A program made the position numbers and the translations under genes. Below the pieces are notes generated by a model, which was not told the DNA's origin, ran no database searches, and saw only the letters and a list, made by a program, of their open reading frames with translations. A stretch of 64,000 nucleotides of DNA from Lachnospiraceae bacterium (GTDB taxonomy: Bacteria; Bacillota; Clostridia; Lachnospirales; Lachnospiraceae), in the NCBI GenBank assembly GCA_017482485.1, contig JAFUMV010000081.1, positions 4,981 to 68,980 of the forward strand, written 5' to 3'. Positions 10,112 through 18,680 of the stretch are shown here, one piece after another; the stretch's first letter is position 1; the number at the start of each line of letters is the position of its first letter.

Positions 10112-11939
10112 AAAAGAAAAAGAGTTTAAGACGCTTCCTTATTTTGGAATCAATAAGCTGCTTCCCTATCTGAAGCCATATCGTTTCATTATAATCAGTA
10201 TGGTTGTGCTCGGATTTCTGGGTGGTCTGGTCGACATCATTCTGCCGCTTTTTCAGGAATATGCGATCAACACTTTTATCAGCCGAAGGACCACGGAAAC
10301 CCTGGGAAGCTTCATCATTGCTTATCTGCTGGTGCTGTCTTTCCAGGTGCTGGCAAACGGAATTTCCGCCTACCAGGCCTGCCAGATCGAGATGTATGTG
10401 GGCCGTGATATGAAGCGGGAAAGTTTTAATCATTTGCAGACGCTGGCTTTTTCCTATTTCAATCAGAACAGCGTGGGCTATATTCACGCCAGAGTCATGA
10501 GCGACACGAACCGCATTGGTTCACTGGTTTCCTGGAGCCTGATGGATGGCGTGTGGAATGTTTCCTATCTTGTCGGTGCGATTGTTGTGATGCTGTCGAT
10601 CAATGCAAAACTGGCATGCTGGATTTTGGTGATTGTACCGATTATTGCCGTGGCAGCAGCGCTGTTCCAGAAAAAGCTTGTATTCTTAAACCGCAAAATC
10701 CGGGAAATCAATTCACACATTACCGGCAATTTCAACGAAGGAATTACCGGAGCCAAGACCACCAAGACCCTGGTGATTGAACAGAAGATGGAAGACAATT
10801 TCAACCGGACTTCGCAAGAGATGGAAAAGGTTTCGAACCATGCAACTCATTTTCGGGCGCTGTTTTCTTCCATGATTTCTTTCGCATCCTCTACCGCTCT
10901 GGCGCTGGTGCTGTGGCGGGGCGGCATGATCACCATGGAAGGCGTCATGAAGATCGGAACCCTGTCCGTATTCATGTCTTATGCACTGGGAATGATGGAT
11001 CCGATTCAGTGGATTGTAAGAGCGATTTCCAATCTGATTACGGTACAGGTAAACGTGGAGCGTTTTACCACGCTGATGGAGACCGAGTCGGATGTCAGAG
11101 ACACGAAGGAAGTGGAAGAGAAATACGGAGACTCCTTTGAACCGAAAAAGGAGAACTGGGAACCTCTGCGCGGAGATATTACCTTTGAGGATGTTTCCTT
11201 TAAATATCCGGACGGAGAAGAATATGTGCTGGAGCATTTCAATCTCCATGTGCCTCAGGGCAGCAACGTGGCAATTGTGGGAGAAACCGGCGCCGGAAAG
11301 TCAACACTGGTGAACCTGGTATGCCGTTTCTTTGAACCCACCTCCGGAAGGATATTAATCGATGGTGTAGATGCCAGAGAGCGTTCCCAGCTGTGGCTGC
11401 ACAGCAATATCGGCTATGTGCTGCAGACGCCGCATCTGTTTTCCGGAAGCGTGCTGGAAAACTTAAAATACGGCAATCCCGATGCTGCCATGGAGCAGAT
11501 CGAAGCAGCGGTGCACAGTGTATCTGCAGATGAAGTGATCGCCCGCATGGATAAGGGCTATGAAAGTGACGTGGGAGAGGGCGGTGATCTGCTCTCTACC
11601 GGTGAAAAACAGCTTCTTTCCTTCGCCAGAGCGATTCTGGCCGATCCCCGTATTTTCGTGCTGGATGAGGCCACTTCTTCCATCGACACGGTAACGGAAA
11701 AGAAGATACAGGATGCCATTGAGCATTTGATGAAAGGCAGAACCTCCTTCATGATTGCCCATCGTCTTTCTACCATCCGCCAGGCGGATGTGATTCTGGT
11801 GATCAAGGACGGCAAAATTGTGGAACAGGGAAGTCATAAAGAATTGATCGCCAAAAAAGGAGCATATTACGACCTGTATACGAAACAGTATCAGGAGGAA
11901 GCCCTGGACAACGCGATGAAGATGGTATTTGAGGCGTAG
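10101..11939 (+). CDS. Heterodimeric ABC exporter subunit 2 (TMD+NBD)
   Basis: Walker A GETGAGKST, degenerate signature LSTGEKQ, canonical Walker B VLDEA. Overlaps subunit 1 by 11 nt. Confidence 0.93.
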   Translation: MNHEKEKEFKTLPYFGINKLLPYLKPYRFIIISMVVLGFLGGLVDIILPLFQEYAINTFISRRTTETLGSFIIAYLLVLSFQVLANGISAYQACQIEMYVGRDMKRESFNHLQTLAFSYFNQNSVGYIHARVMSDTNRIGSLVSWSLMDGVWNVSYLVGAIVVMLSINAKLACWILVIVPIIAVAAALFQKKLVFLNRKIREINSHITGNFNEGITGAKTTKTLVIEQKMEDNFNRTSQEMEKVSNHATHFRALFSSMISFASSTALALVLWRGGMITMEGVMKIGTLSVFMSYALGMMDPIQWIVRAISNLITVQVNVERFTTLMETESDVRDTKEVEEKYGDSFEPKKENWEPLRGDITFEDVSFKYPDGEEYVLEHFNLHVPQGSNVAIVGETGAGKSTLVNLVCRFFEPTSGRILIDGVDARERSQLWLHSNIGYVLQTPHLFSGSVLENLKYGNPDAAMEQIEAAVHSVSADEVIARMDKGYESDVGEGGDLLSTGEKQLLSFARAILADPRIFVLDEATSSIDTVTEKKIQDAIEHLMKGRTSFMIAHRLSTIRQADVILVIKDGKIVEQGSHKELIAKKGAYYDLYTKQYQEEALDNAMKMVFEA

Positions 11940-11998
11940 GCCCAGAGGATGATCTGTGCATAAATGATATTGAATTCATTAAACTGTTGCGACCGATG

Positions 11999-12048
11999 AA
12001 AGGGAGCGGGAAACGGATTTGTCATGGCAATCAGTTTCCCGCTCCTTT
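11999..12048 (+). terminator. Long GC-rich hairpin, probable terminator
   Basis: AAAGGGAGCGGGAAAC...GTTTCCCGCTCCTTT with a 12-bp perfect core, just downstream of the exporter. Confidence 0.55.
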
Positions 12049-12069
12049 GGCGCGCCCAAGGCAGTAAAT

Positions 12070-12121
12070 AGTTGTAAAAAGTTGCAAATATGTTGAAAAA
12101 GTTGTATTTGTGTGGTAAATT
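12070..12121 (+). promoter_or_regulatory. SigA promoter overlapped by ~10-bp periodic direct repeats (candidate DeoR operator)
   Basis: TTGAAA(12093)-17bp-TAAATT. Repeats AGTTGTAAAA / AGTTGCAAAT / ATGTTGAAAA / AGTTGTATTT. Confidence 0.45.
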
Positions 12122-12150
12122 GATGTAAATAAAAATAAGGAGGCGTGTTC

Positions 12151-12912
12151 ATGAAATTTGTGACGTTTAATATCAGATATGACTGTAATTTGGATGGGGA
12201 GAACAATTTTTGTTTCAGAAAGCCGCTGATTTTGAAAAAAATCAAACAGGAAAAGCCGGATATCATCTGTTTTCAGGAGGTGCTTGCCCATGTGGCAGTA
12301 TGGATGAAGGAAAATCTGACAGATTATTATGTGGTTGGCTGCGGACGCAATAAGGAACTGGGCAACGAACAGGAGCCTGTGGCTTTTTTGAAAGATCGTT
12401 ATAATCTGATCCGTATGGAAACCTACTGGCTGTCTGAGACGCCTGATGTGCCTGGTTCCCGCTATCCTGAGCAAAGTGTCTGTCCCAGAGTCTGTACGGA
12501 AGTAGTGCTGCAGGATCTGGAGTCGGGAAAGGTGTTTCGGCTGATCAATACGCATCTGGATCATACCGGTTCTCTGGCGAGAAAGTTAGGAATAGGACAG
12601 ATTTTAAAGAAGCTGGAAACGGAAAAATTTTTCCCGCAGGCGCCCGTGATTTTAGCCGGTGATTTCAATGCGAGACCCGATAGTGAAGAAATCCAATTGC
12701 TGGAGCAGTATCCGGGAGTTGTGAATGTGACAAAAGGAATCGGCACGACCTTTCATGATTTTGGAAGAAGGGAGACCTGTATTGATTACATTTTTGGAAA
12801 GGACGGAATTGTCGGCAGCAATGTAGAAAAGTGGACAGATGTGGAAAACGGTGTTTATTTGTCTGACCATTATCCGCTTTGTGCACACCTGGAATTCAAT
12901 GAACAGGCTTGA
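12151..12912 (+). CDS. Endonuclease/exonuclease/phosphatase (EEP) family protein, likely a sugar-phosphate phosphatase
   Basis: TFNIRYD, DIICFQEV, NTHLDH, LAGDFNA, IDYIF and SDHYP motifs. RBS AAGGAGG favours ATG 12151. Confidence 0.9.
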   Translation: MKFVTFNIRYDCNLDGENNFCFRKPLILKKIKQEKPDIICFQEVLAHVAVWMKENLTDYYVVGCGRNKELGNEQEPVAFLKDRYNLIRMETYWLSETPDVPGSRYPEQSVCPRVCTEVVLQDLESGKVFRLINTHLDHTGSLARKLGIGQILKKLETEKFFPQAPVILAGDFNARPDSEEIQLLEQYPGVVNVTKGIGTTFHDFGRRETCIDYIFGKDGIVGSNVEKWTDVENGVYLSDHYPLCAHLEFNEQA

Positions 12913-12979
12913 AAAAAGAATGTAAGCGGACAGGATTGTATGGAAAAAAACGATAAAAATCAGTAAAGGGGGTTACCGA

Positions 12980-13759
12980 ATGTTAGCAAAGGAGAGGCAT
13001 GACAGCATTTGTGAACTGTTAAAGCAAAACGGTGCCGTAACCACAGCAGAGCTGGTAGATCGTTTTGGTGTTTCTGTGGAAACGATTCGCCGGGATCTGC
13101 TTGTGCTGGAGCAGAATCAGAAGCTTCAGCGGGTACATGGGGGAGCAGTGGCACTGGAAGAAATGAAGCCTTTCATGGAATTGTCCTATCGTTTTAATGA
13201 AAATGATGAGCAAAAGAAAGAGTTGGCGCGGACAGCTGCTTCTTTTGTGAGGGATGGAGATGTTATCGGAATGGATTCCGGCAGTACGGCCGTATTTTTG
13301 GCGGAGGCGTTCAAAGAGAGATTATCGAGATTGACGGTGGTCACACATAGTCTGGATGTTTTTGAAATTTTAAACTCCTATAAAGAATTTGAAGTGATTT
13401 TATGTGGGGGTCACTTTTTAAGGCAGGAGAACGCTTTTTACGGACCTGTGGTGATAAATACACTCCAGCAGCTTCATGTGCAGAAGGTGTTTATTTTTCC
13501 TTCTGCGGTATCCCTCCAGTTTGGAATTTGTGACAGACAGACACAGCTTTTTATGGTACAGCAGCAGTTGCTGCACTGTGGTGACAGTGTATATATTCTG
13601 GCGGACAGTTCGAAATTTGAGCGGAAAGAACTGTTGAAACTGTCGGAGATGCAGACAAATTTTACTTATATAACGGACAGCAATATCAAGCCGGGACTTC
13701 TGAAAGCCTATGCTGAGCAGAACCTGAAAATTATAACAGAGAGGACAAAAGAAAAATGA
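12980..13759 (+). CDS. DeoR/GlpR family transcriptional regulator
   Basis: N-terminal HTH VSVETIRRDL..L..RVHGGA; sensor domain with DSGST and LADSSKF. Confidence 0.93.
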   Translation: MLAKERHDSICELLKQNGAVTTAELVDRFGVSVETIRRDLLVLEQNQKLQRVHGGAVALEEMKPFMELSYRFNENDEQKKELARTAASFVRDGDVIGMDSGSTAVFLAEAFKERLSRLTVVTHSLDVFEILNSYKEFEVILCGGHFLRQENAFYGPVVINTLQQLHVQKVFIFPSAVSLQFGICDRQTQLFMVQQQLLHCGDSVYILADSSKFERKELLKLSEMQTNFTYITDSNIKPGLLKAYAEQNLKIITERTKEK

Positions 13760-13809
13760 AAGTTAGATTAATCTTAGTGGATGGTATGCGTCCGGATGTG
13801 CTGTTATGA
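13756..13809 (+). pseudogene. 17-codon remnant of an alkaline-phosphatase-superfamily (phosphodiesterase/nucleotide pyrophosphatase) gene
   Basis: Reads MKVRLILVDGMRPDVLL*, matching the typical N-terminal xLIxxDGxRPD metal-ligand motif. ATGA overlaps with both neighbouring genes. Too short for the ORF track. Confidence 0.65.
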
Positions 13810-15008
13810 ATCAGCTGACGGATAAAACAAAGATCAAAAGAATGCGATTTTTGTTCATGGTTACCTATATGATCAGTTATCTGACCCGCATCAATTATGG
13901 AGCGGTTATTCTTGAAATGGGACATGATACGGGAATTTCCTCCTCCCTGCTGTCACTGGCGGTGACCGGCAGTTTTATCACATATGGTGCAGGGCAGCTT
14001 TTCAGCGGCTGGTTCGGGGATCGGATTCAGCCCAAAAAGCTGGTTTTTACCGGATTGGCGGTAACAACGGTCATGAACCTGCTGATTCCTGTCTGCCACA
14101 ATTTCTGGCAGATGACAGCGGTCTGGTGCGTGAACGGACTGGCGCAGGCCTTTATGTGGCCTCCCATTGTGAAGCTGATGGTTGCGCTGTTTTCCGAAGA
14201 AGAATACAAGAAGGCTTCTGTAGTGGTATCCTGGGGGAGTTCTTTCGGAACGATTTTTGTGTATTTGATGTCTCCTTTCTGGATTGCCGTTGCCGGATGG
14301 CGCTGTGTTTTTATTGTGTCGGCAATTCTGGGGGCGGTCATGGTACTGATCTGGGGGCATTTTTGCCCGGATATTGCAGAAGAGGCAAAAAGCGAAAAAA
14401 AGCAGACAGGGGGTCTGCAGCTTTTAAAAAGCCCGCTGATATTAAGCATCATGTTCGCAATTGTACTGCAGGGATCCCTGCGGGATGGCGTCACCACATG
14501 GATGCCTTCTTATGTGGCGGAAACATTTCATTTGGGAAATAACGTATCCATATTAACCGGGGTTCTGCTTCCCGTATTCAGCATTCTGTGCTTTCAGGCG
14601 GCTTCGGTCATCTATCGCAAAAGACCGAATGACCCGCTTTTGTGTGCCGGCGGAATTTTTCTGGCAGGCGCTTTCTTTGCGTTTGTTCTGCTGCTGTTTT
14701 CCGGCCGCAATGCGGCATTGTGTGTATTATTTATGGCACTATTGACAGGATGCATGCATGGAGTTAATCTGATATTGATTTGCATGATTCCTGCATTTTT
14801 TAAGGAAAGCGGCAATGTTTCCACGGTATCAGGTATTCTGAATTCCTGTACCTATGTGGGCAGCGCCATATCCACATACGGAATTGCGAAAATATCCGAA
14901 AGCGCCGGATGGAATGTGACAATTTCTGTATGGATTTTGATTGCGGCAGCGGGGACGGTTGTGTGTTTTGGGTGCATTCCCGCCTGGAGACATCGCTTTG
15001 GAAAGTAA
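13806..15008 (+). CDS. MFS transporter, organophosphate:Pi antiporter-like (GlpT/UhpT-type)
   Basis: About 12 hydrophobic segments; SYLTRINY in TM1; GWFGDRIQPK loop motif. Confidence 0.85.
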   Translation: MNQLTDKTKIKRMRFLFMVTYMISYLTRINYGAVILEMGHDTGISSSLLSLAVTGSFITYGAGQLFSGWFGDRIQPKKLVFTGLAVTTVMNLLIPVCHNFWQMTAVWCVNGLAQAFMWPPIVKLMVALFSEEEYKKASVVVSWGSSFGTIFVYLMSPFWIAVAGWRCVFIVSAILGAVMVLIWGHFCPDIAEEAKSEKKQTGGLQLLKSPLILSIMFAIVLQGSLRDGVTTWMPSYVAETFHLGNNVSILTGVLLPVFSILCFQAASVIYRKRPNDPLLCAGGIFLAGAFFAFVLLLFSGRNAALCVLFMALLTGCMHGVNLILICMIPAFFKESGNVSTVSGILNSCTYVGSAISTYGIAKISESAGWNVTISVWILIAAAGTVVCFGCIPAWRHRFGK

Positions 15009-15041
15009 GGTATGTGATAGAAAACAGGAGGTAGCGGCAGG

Positions 15042-18000
15042 ATGGATATGTTTTTTACAAAAAGAAAGCTGGAAAACCGAAAAGAAGAGCTAAAGCTGTA
15101 TCGATATCGTGATGCTGCAGGTTTGACAGGATTTGTGATAAAGGAAGATTTACAGGGAGTCGTTAATCCAAAGGTTCCTGTATCTTATGAAGGTTGGGAT
15201 AACATGCAGGTGGGAGACACCTGGCGTGGCAGGGATCGTTTCTGGTGGCTGCATGTGGATGTGGAGATTCCCGCAGCCTGGGCCGGGAAGCGCGCTGTGG
15301 CGGTTTTCGATTTCGGAATGACTGGCGGAGGAAATAATTCCGGTTTTGAATCTCTTCTTTACATAAACGGAGAGCCTTATCAGGGCGTGGATGCCAACCA
15401 CAGGGAAGTTTTTTTTAAAGAAGATCTTTATGGAAAAAAAGTGAGTCTGACTTTTCGGCTTTGGTCCGGCCTTGAGGGAGGCGGCGTGCCCAGAGAAATG
15501 GTGCATGAGTTTAAGACGGCGCAGCTGGGCTGGCTGGATGAGGCGGCGGATGATCTGATTTATATGTCCGAAATGATTTTGAAAGCCATCGATCAGCTTG
15601 CGGAAAGCGAGCCTGTGCGGCATCAGCTGCAGGCGAATCTGGATAAGGCCATGAGTCTGATCGACTGGTCCTATCCGGGCAGCGAAGCTTTTTATGCATC
15701 TGTAAAAGCGGCGGACGACTGTATCAATGGACTCATTGACGAGATGGGAAAAAAATCTGATGTCAATGTTTATGCAGTGGGACATACCCATATCGATACC
15801 GCATGGCTGTGGCGTTTGAAGAATACAAGAGAAAAGTGTTCCCGTTCCTTCTCCACGGTAATGCGCCTGATGGAAATGTTTCCGGAGTATTACTTTTTGC
15901 AGACCCAGCCTCAGCTGTATGAGTATATCAAAGAGGATTTTCCGGAGATTTATAAACAGATCAAAGCAAGGGTGGCAGAAGGACGCTGGGAAGCGGACGG
16001 CGCCATGTGGGTGGAAGCGGACTGTAACCTGACCAGCGGTGAATCCCTGACCCGTCAGATTCTGATTGGCTCCAAATTCATTCAGGATGAGTTTGGCAAG
16101 GACGTGCATTATCTGTGGCTGCCTGACGTATTCGGCTATTCCTGGGCCCTGCCCCAGGTGCTGAAAAAATCCGGCATCGACATGTTCATGACCACCAAGA
16201 TCAGCTGGAATCAGTATAACAGAATGCCTCATGACACATTTAAATGGAAGGGCATTGACGGCAGTGAAGTGCTGACGCATTTCATCACAACACCGGAGCC
16301 CTGGAATCCGGCAGACAGCTGGTTTTATACCTATAATGGCCTGTTGGAGCCCAGAACCGTAAAGGGTGTCTGGGACGCCTACAGTGAAAAGGAAATGAAT
16401 CAGGATCTGCTGATATCCTATGGTTATGGTGACGGCGGCGGCGGTGTCAACCGTGACATGCTGGAGCATAGACGCAGACTGGACCGCATTCCCGGTTTAC
16501 CCAATATAAAAACATCCACGGCCGGTGCCTATTTTGAAAAACTCAAAGAAAATGTGAAAAATACGGACAGCTATGTGAACACCTGGGATGGAGAGCTGTA
16601 TCTGGAATATCATCGGGGAACCTATACCAGCCATGCCCACAACAAGCGCATGAACCGGAAGATGGAGCTGTTATACCGGGAAGCGGAATGGCTGACCGTG
16701 ATGGATGCGCTTCTTGCCGGCGGCAATCTGGCACTTGCCCAGCAGGAAAAGCTGACGACGGGCTGGAAGCATATTTTAACCAATCAGTTCCATGATATCA
16801 TTCCCGGCTCTTCCATTTTTGAAGTTTATGAAGACTGTAAGAAGGATTATGAATGGATTGAATCCATCGGCCGCCAGGTGGAAGAGGATTTCTTTGCGCA
16901 TGCGCGTCAGAATGTAGCGACTTTGGAGAATGCCGGACAGGTATCCAGGGGAGATGCGGTTTATACGGTCATCAATCCCAACGGTTTTGCGGCGGATGGT
17001 GTTGTGCTGCTTGAGGATGTCTGCGCAGACAGTGTGGTGCTGGCAGACGGCACAAAGCCTGCGGCACAGAAGACGGACAGAGGCCTGTTGGTGGCGTTAA
17101 AGCAGGTGCCTTCCATGGGATTTGTAAAGCTGACTGTTTTGGAGAAAGCTGCTGCAAAGAAAGATACGGACTGTGTGGGTTTGGCAGATGCAGCGGAATG
17201 TGGCTGTGCAGATGAGCGTGACAGCGCATTCGCATATTCAAAGAACGGCCGAAGGCTGGAAACGCCTTTCTATCAGATTGTCCTCAATGAGAGCGGCCAG
17301 ATTGCCCGCCTGTATGATAAGGAGTTTGAACGGGAAGTATTGCCTGAAGGTGCGTGTGCAAATGTGCTGCAGATGTTTGAAGACAAGCCGATGGGCAACG
17401 ATGCCTGGGATATTGATATTTTTTATCAGCAGAAGATGCGGGAAATCACGAATCTGACTTCCTTTGAAATTGCAGAGTGCGGTCCCGTCAGAATGGTGAT
17501 CCGCATGCGGTATGCGTATATGAATTCCACCATATGGCAGGATCTGATTCTGTATGCACACAGCCGCAGAATTGACTTCGTGACAAAAGTGGATTATCAC
17601 GAACAGCATCAGCTCTTAAAAGCGGCATTTCCTGTGGATATCCGTACCACCTACGGAACCTTTGATGTGCAGTACGGCAATGTGCGCCGTCCGAATCACT
17701 GGAACACATCCTGGGATCAGGCGAAGTTTGAAACAGTGGCACATCGGTTTGCGGATCTTTCCGAGTATGGCTATGGTGTCAGCCTGTTGAATGACTGCAA
17801 GTATGGACATGATGTGAAAGATAATGTGCTGCGCATCACGCTGATTAAGGCGGCAACTTATCCTGATCACAGTCAGGATATTGGGGAGCATGTATTTACT
17901 TATGCACTGCTGCCTCATGGCGGTGACTTCGTGGAAGGCCGTGTGGTGCAGGAAGCAAGCATGATGAATCAACCACTGCATGTGGTGCAGGGAAATTTGC

Positions 18001-18356
18001 AGATATCGGCAGGGCAGAAAAACACCGGCAGTCTGCAGAACCTCGGAAATCTGCCGCTTGGCACTGACAGCTTCCTTTTCTTTGATAAGGACTGTGTGGA
18101 GCTGGACGCGATCAAGAAAACGGAAGACGGAAAATATATTGCAGTCCGCTTCCACGACTTTACCGGCGGCACAAATAAGGTGCGCGTAAATACCGGATTT
18201 GCATGGAAGAAGTATTGTGTCAGCGACCTGCGGGAGCGTCCGCTGACACAGTGGAAAGAGAGCAAAGCAGTCGGCGCGCAAGAGGGGCAGGGCTGCGATT
18301 TTGTCAGACTGACGGTGAAGCCTTATGAGATTGTGACGCTGTTGTTTGAGGTGTAG
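15042..18356 (+). CDS. GH38 alpha-mannosidase
   Basis: GHTHIDTAWLW, WLPDVFGYS, GYGDGGGG, GELYLEYHRGTYTS, NQFHDIIPGSSI and LLNDCKYG motifs. Confidence 0.95.
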   Translation: MDMFFTKRKLENRKEELKLYRYRDAAGLTGFVIKEDLQGVVNPKVPVSYEGWDNMQVGDTWRGRDRFWWLHVDVEIPAAWAGKRAVAVFDFGMTGGGNNSGFESLLYINGEPYQGVDANHREVFFKEDLYGKKVSLTFRLWSGLEGGGVPREMVHEFKTAQLGWLDEAADDLIYMSEMILKAIDQLAESEPVRHQLQANLDKAMSLIDWSYPGSEAFYASVKAADDCINGLIDEMGKKSDVNVYAVGHTHIDTAWLWRLKNTREKCSRSFSTVMRLMEMFPEYYFLQTQPQLYEYIKEDFPEIYKQIKARVAEGRWEADGAMWVEADCNLTSGESLTRQILIGSKFIQDEFGKDVHYLWLPDVFGYSWALPQVLKKSGIDMFMTTKISWNQYNRMPHDTFKWKGIDGSEVLTHFITTPEPWNPADSWFYTYNGLLEPRTVKGVWDAYSEKEMNQDLLISYGYGDGGGGVNRDMLEHRRRLDRIPGLPNIKTSTAGAYFEKLKENVKNTDSYVNTWDGELYLEYHRGTYTSHAHNKRMNRKMELLYREAEWLTVMDALLAGGNLALAQQEKLTTGWKHILTNQFHDIIPGSSIFEVYEDCKKDYEWIESIGRQVEEDFFAHARQNVATLENAGQVSRGDAVYTVINPNGFAADGVVLLEDVCADSVVLADGTKPAAQKTDRGLLVALKQVPSMGFVKLTVLEKAAAKKDTDCVGLADAAECGCADERDSAFAYSKNGRRLETPFYQIVLNESGQIARLYDKEFEREVLPEGACANVLQMFEDKPMGNDAWDIDIFYQQKMREITNLTSFEIAECGPVRMVIRMRYAYMNSTIWQDLILYAHSRRIDFVTKVDYHEQHQLLKAAFPVDIRTTYGTFDVQYGNVRRPNHWNTSWDQAKFETVAHRFADLSEYGYGVSLLNDCKYGHDVKDNVLRITLIKAATYPDHSQDIGEHVFTYALLPHGGDFVEGRVVQEASMMNQPLHVVQGNLQISAGQKNTGSLQNLGNLPLGTDSFLFFDKDCVELDAIKKTEDGKYIAVRFHDFTGGTNKVRVNTGFAWKKYCVSDLRERPLTQWKESKAVGAQEGQGCDFVRLTVKPYEIVTLLFEV

Positions 18357-18386
18357 TGAGCTGAAATCGTCCCCAAAACGGATATA

Positions 18387-18415
18387 TTGCCTTCTGTCAA
18401 AAAATGTGATAAGTT
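18387..18415 (+). promoter_or_regulatory. Candidate SigA promoter for the intergenic RNA
   Basis: TTGCCT-17bp-TAAGTT with an extended TG motif. Confidence 0.4.
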
Positions 18416-18565
18416 GTAAATATCTGAAACGACAGTTTTCGACTGTCATCTTATGATCTGAACCGAACGCCAGACAAATGGGTCAGTAGGTCATTTCGAG
18501 TGATTCCGTACAGGAACGGTATCACGCCCGATTCGGGCCGGATTTTTACACTTATCACTTTTTTG
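18398..18565 (+). ncRNA. Candidate structured non-coding RNA (closing stem plus four hairpins); family unassigned
   Basis: A ~27-bp imperfect inverted repeat (18398-18426 / 18539-18565) encloses hairpins GACAG/CTGTC, TGATCT/AGGTCA, GTGAT.CCGT/ACGG.ATCAC and GCCCGA/TCGGGC. It lies between convergent genes. Strand is inferred from the promoter only. Confidence 0.55.
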
Positions 18566-18680
18566 TTTGATGGAGATTTTTTATGAGTGTAGTGTTGACT
18601 GAAGCTGTGCCCGGTGTTGGGGCAACGGCAGATTTCTCAGCGCTGCAACAGCCCCGGTTTTGTATAAAGAGTTTGGCTTC

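Noticed and set aside
15150-16469. 439-aa antisense ORF inside GH38 (also 18798-20153, 33743-35017, 3284-4258, 46955-47878, 58401-59336 and many shorter ones)
   Set aside because: These are shadow frames opposite well-supported genes, with no recognisable motifs or RBS. They are expected from codon bias at this GC content.
18398-18565. tRNA, 6S RNA or riboswitch identity for the structured element
   Set aside because: It has no tRNA T/D-loop consensus, is multi-branched rather than a 6S-like rod, and has no downstream gene in cis.
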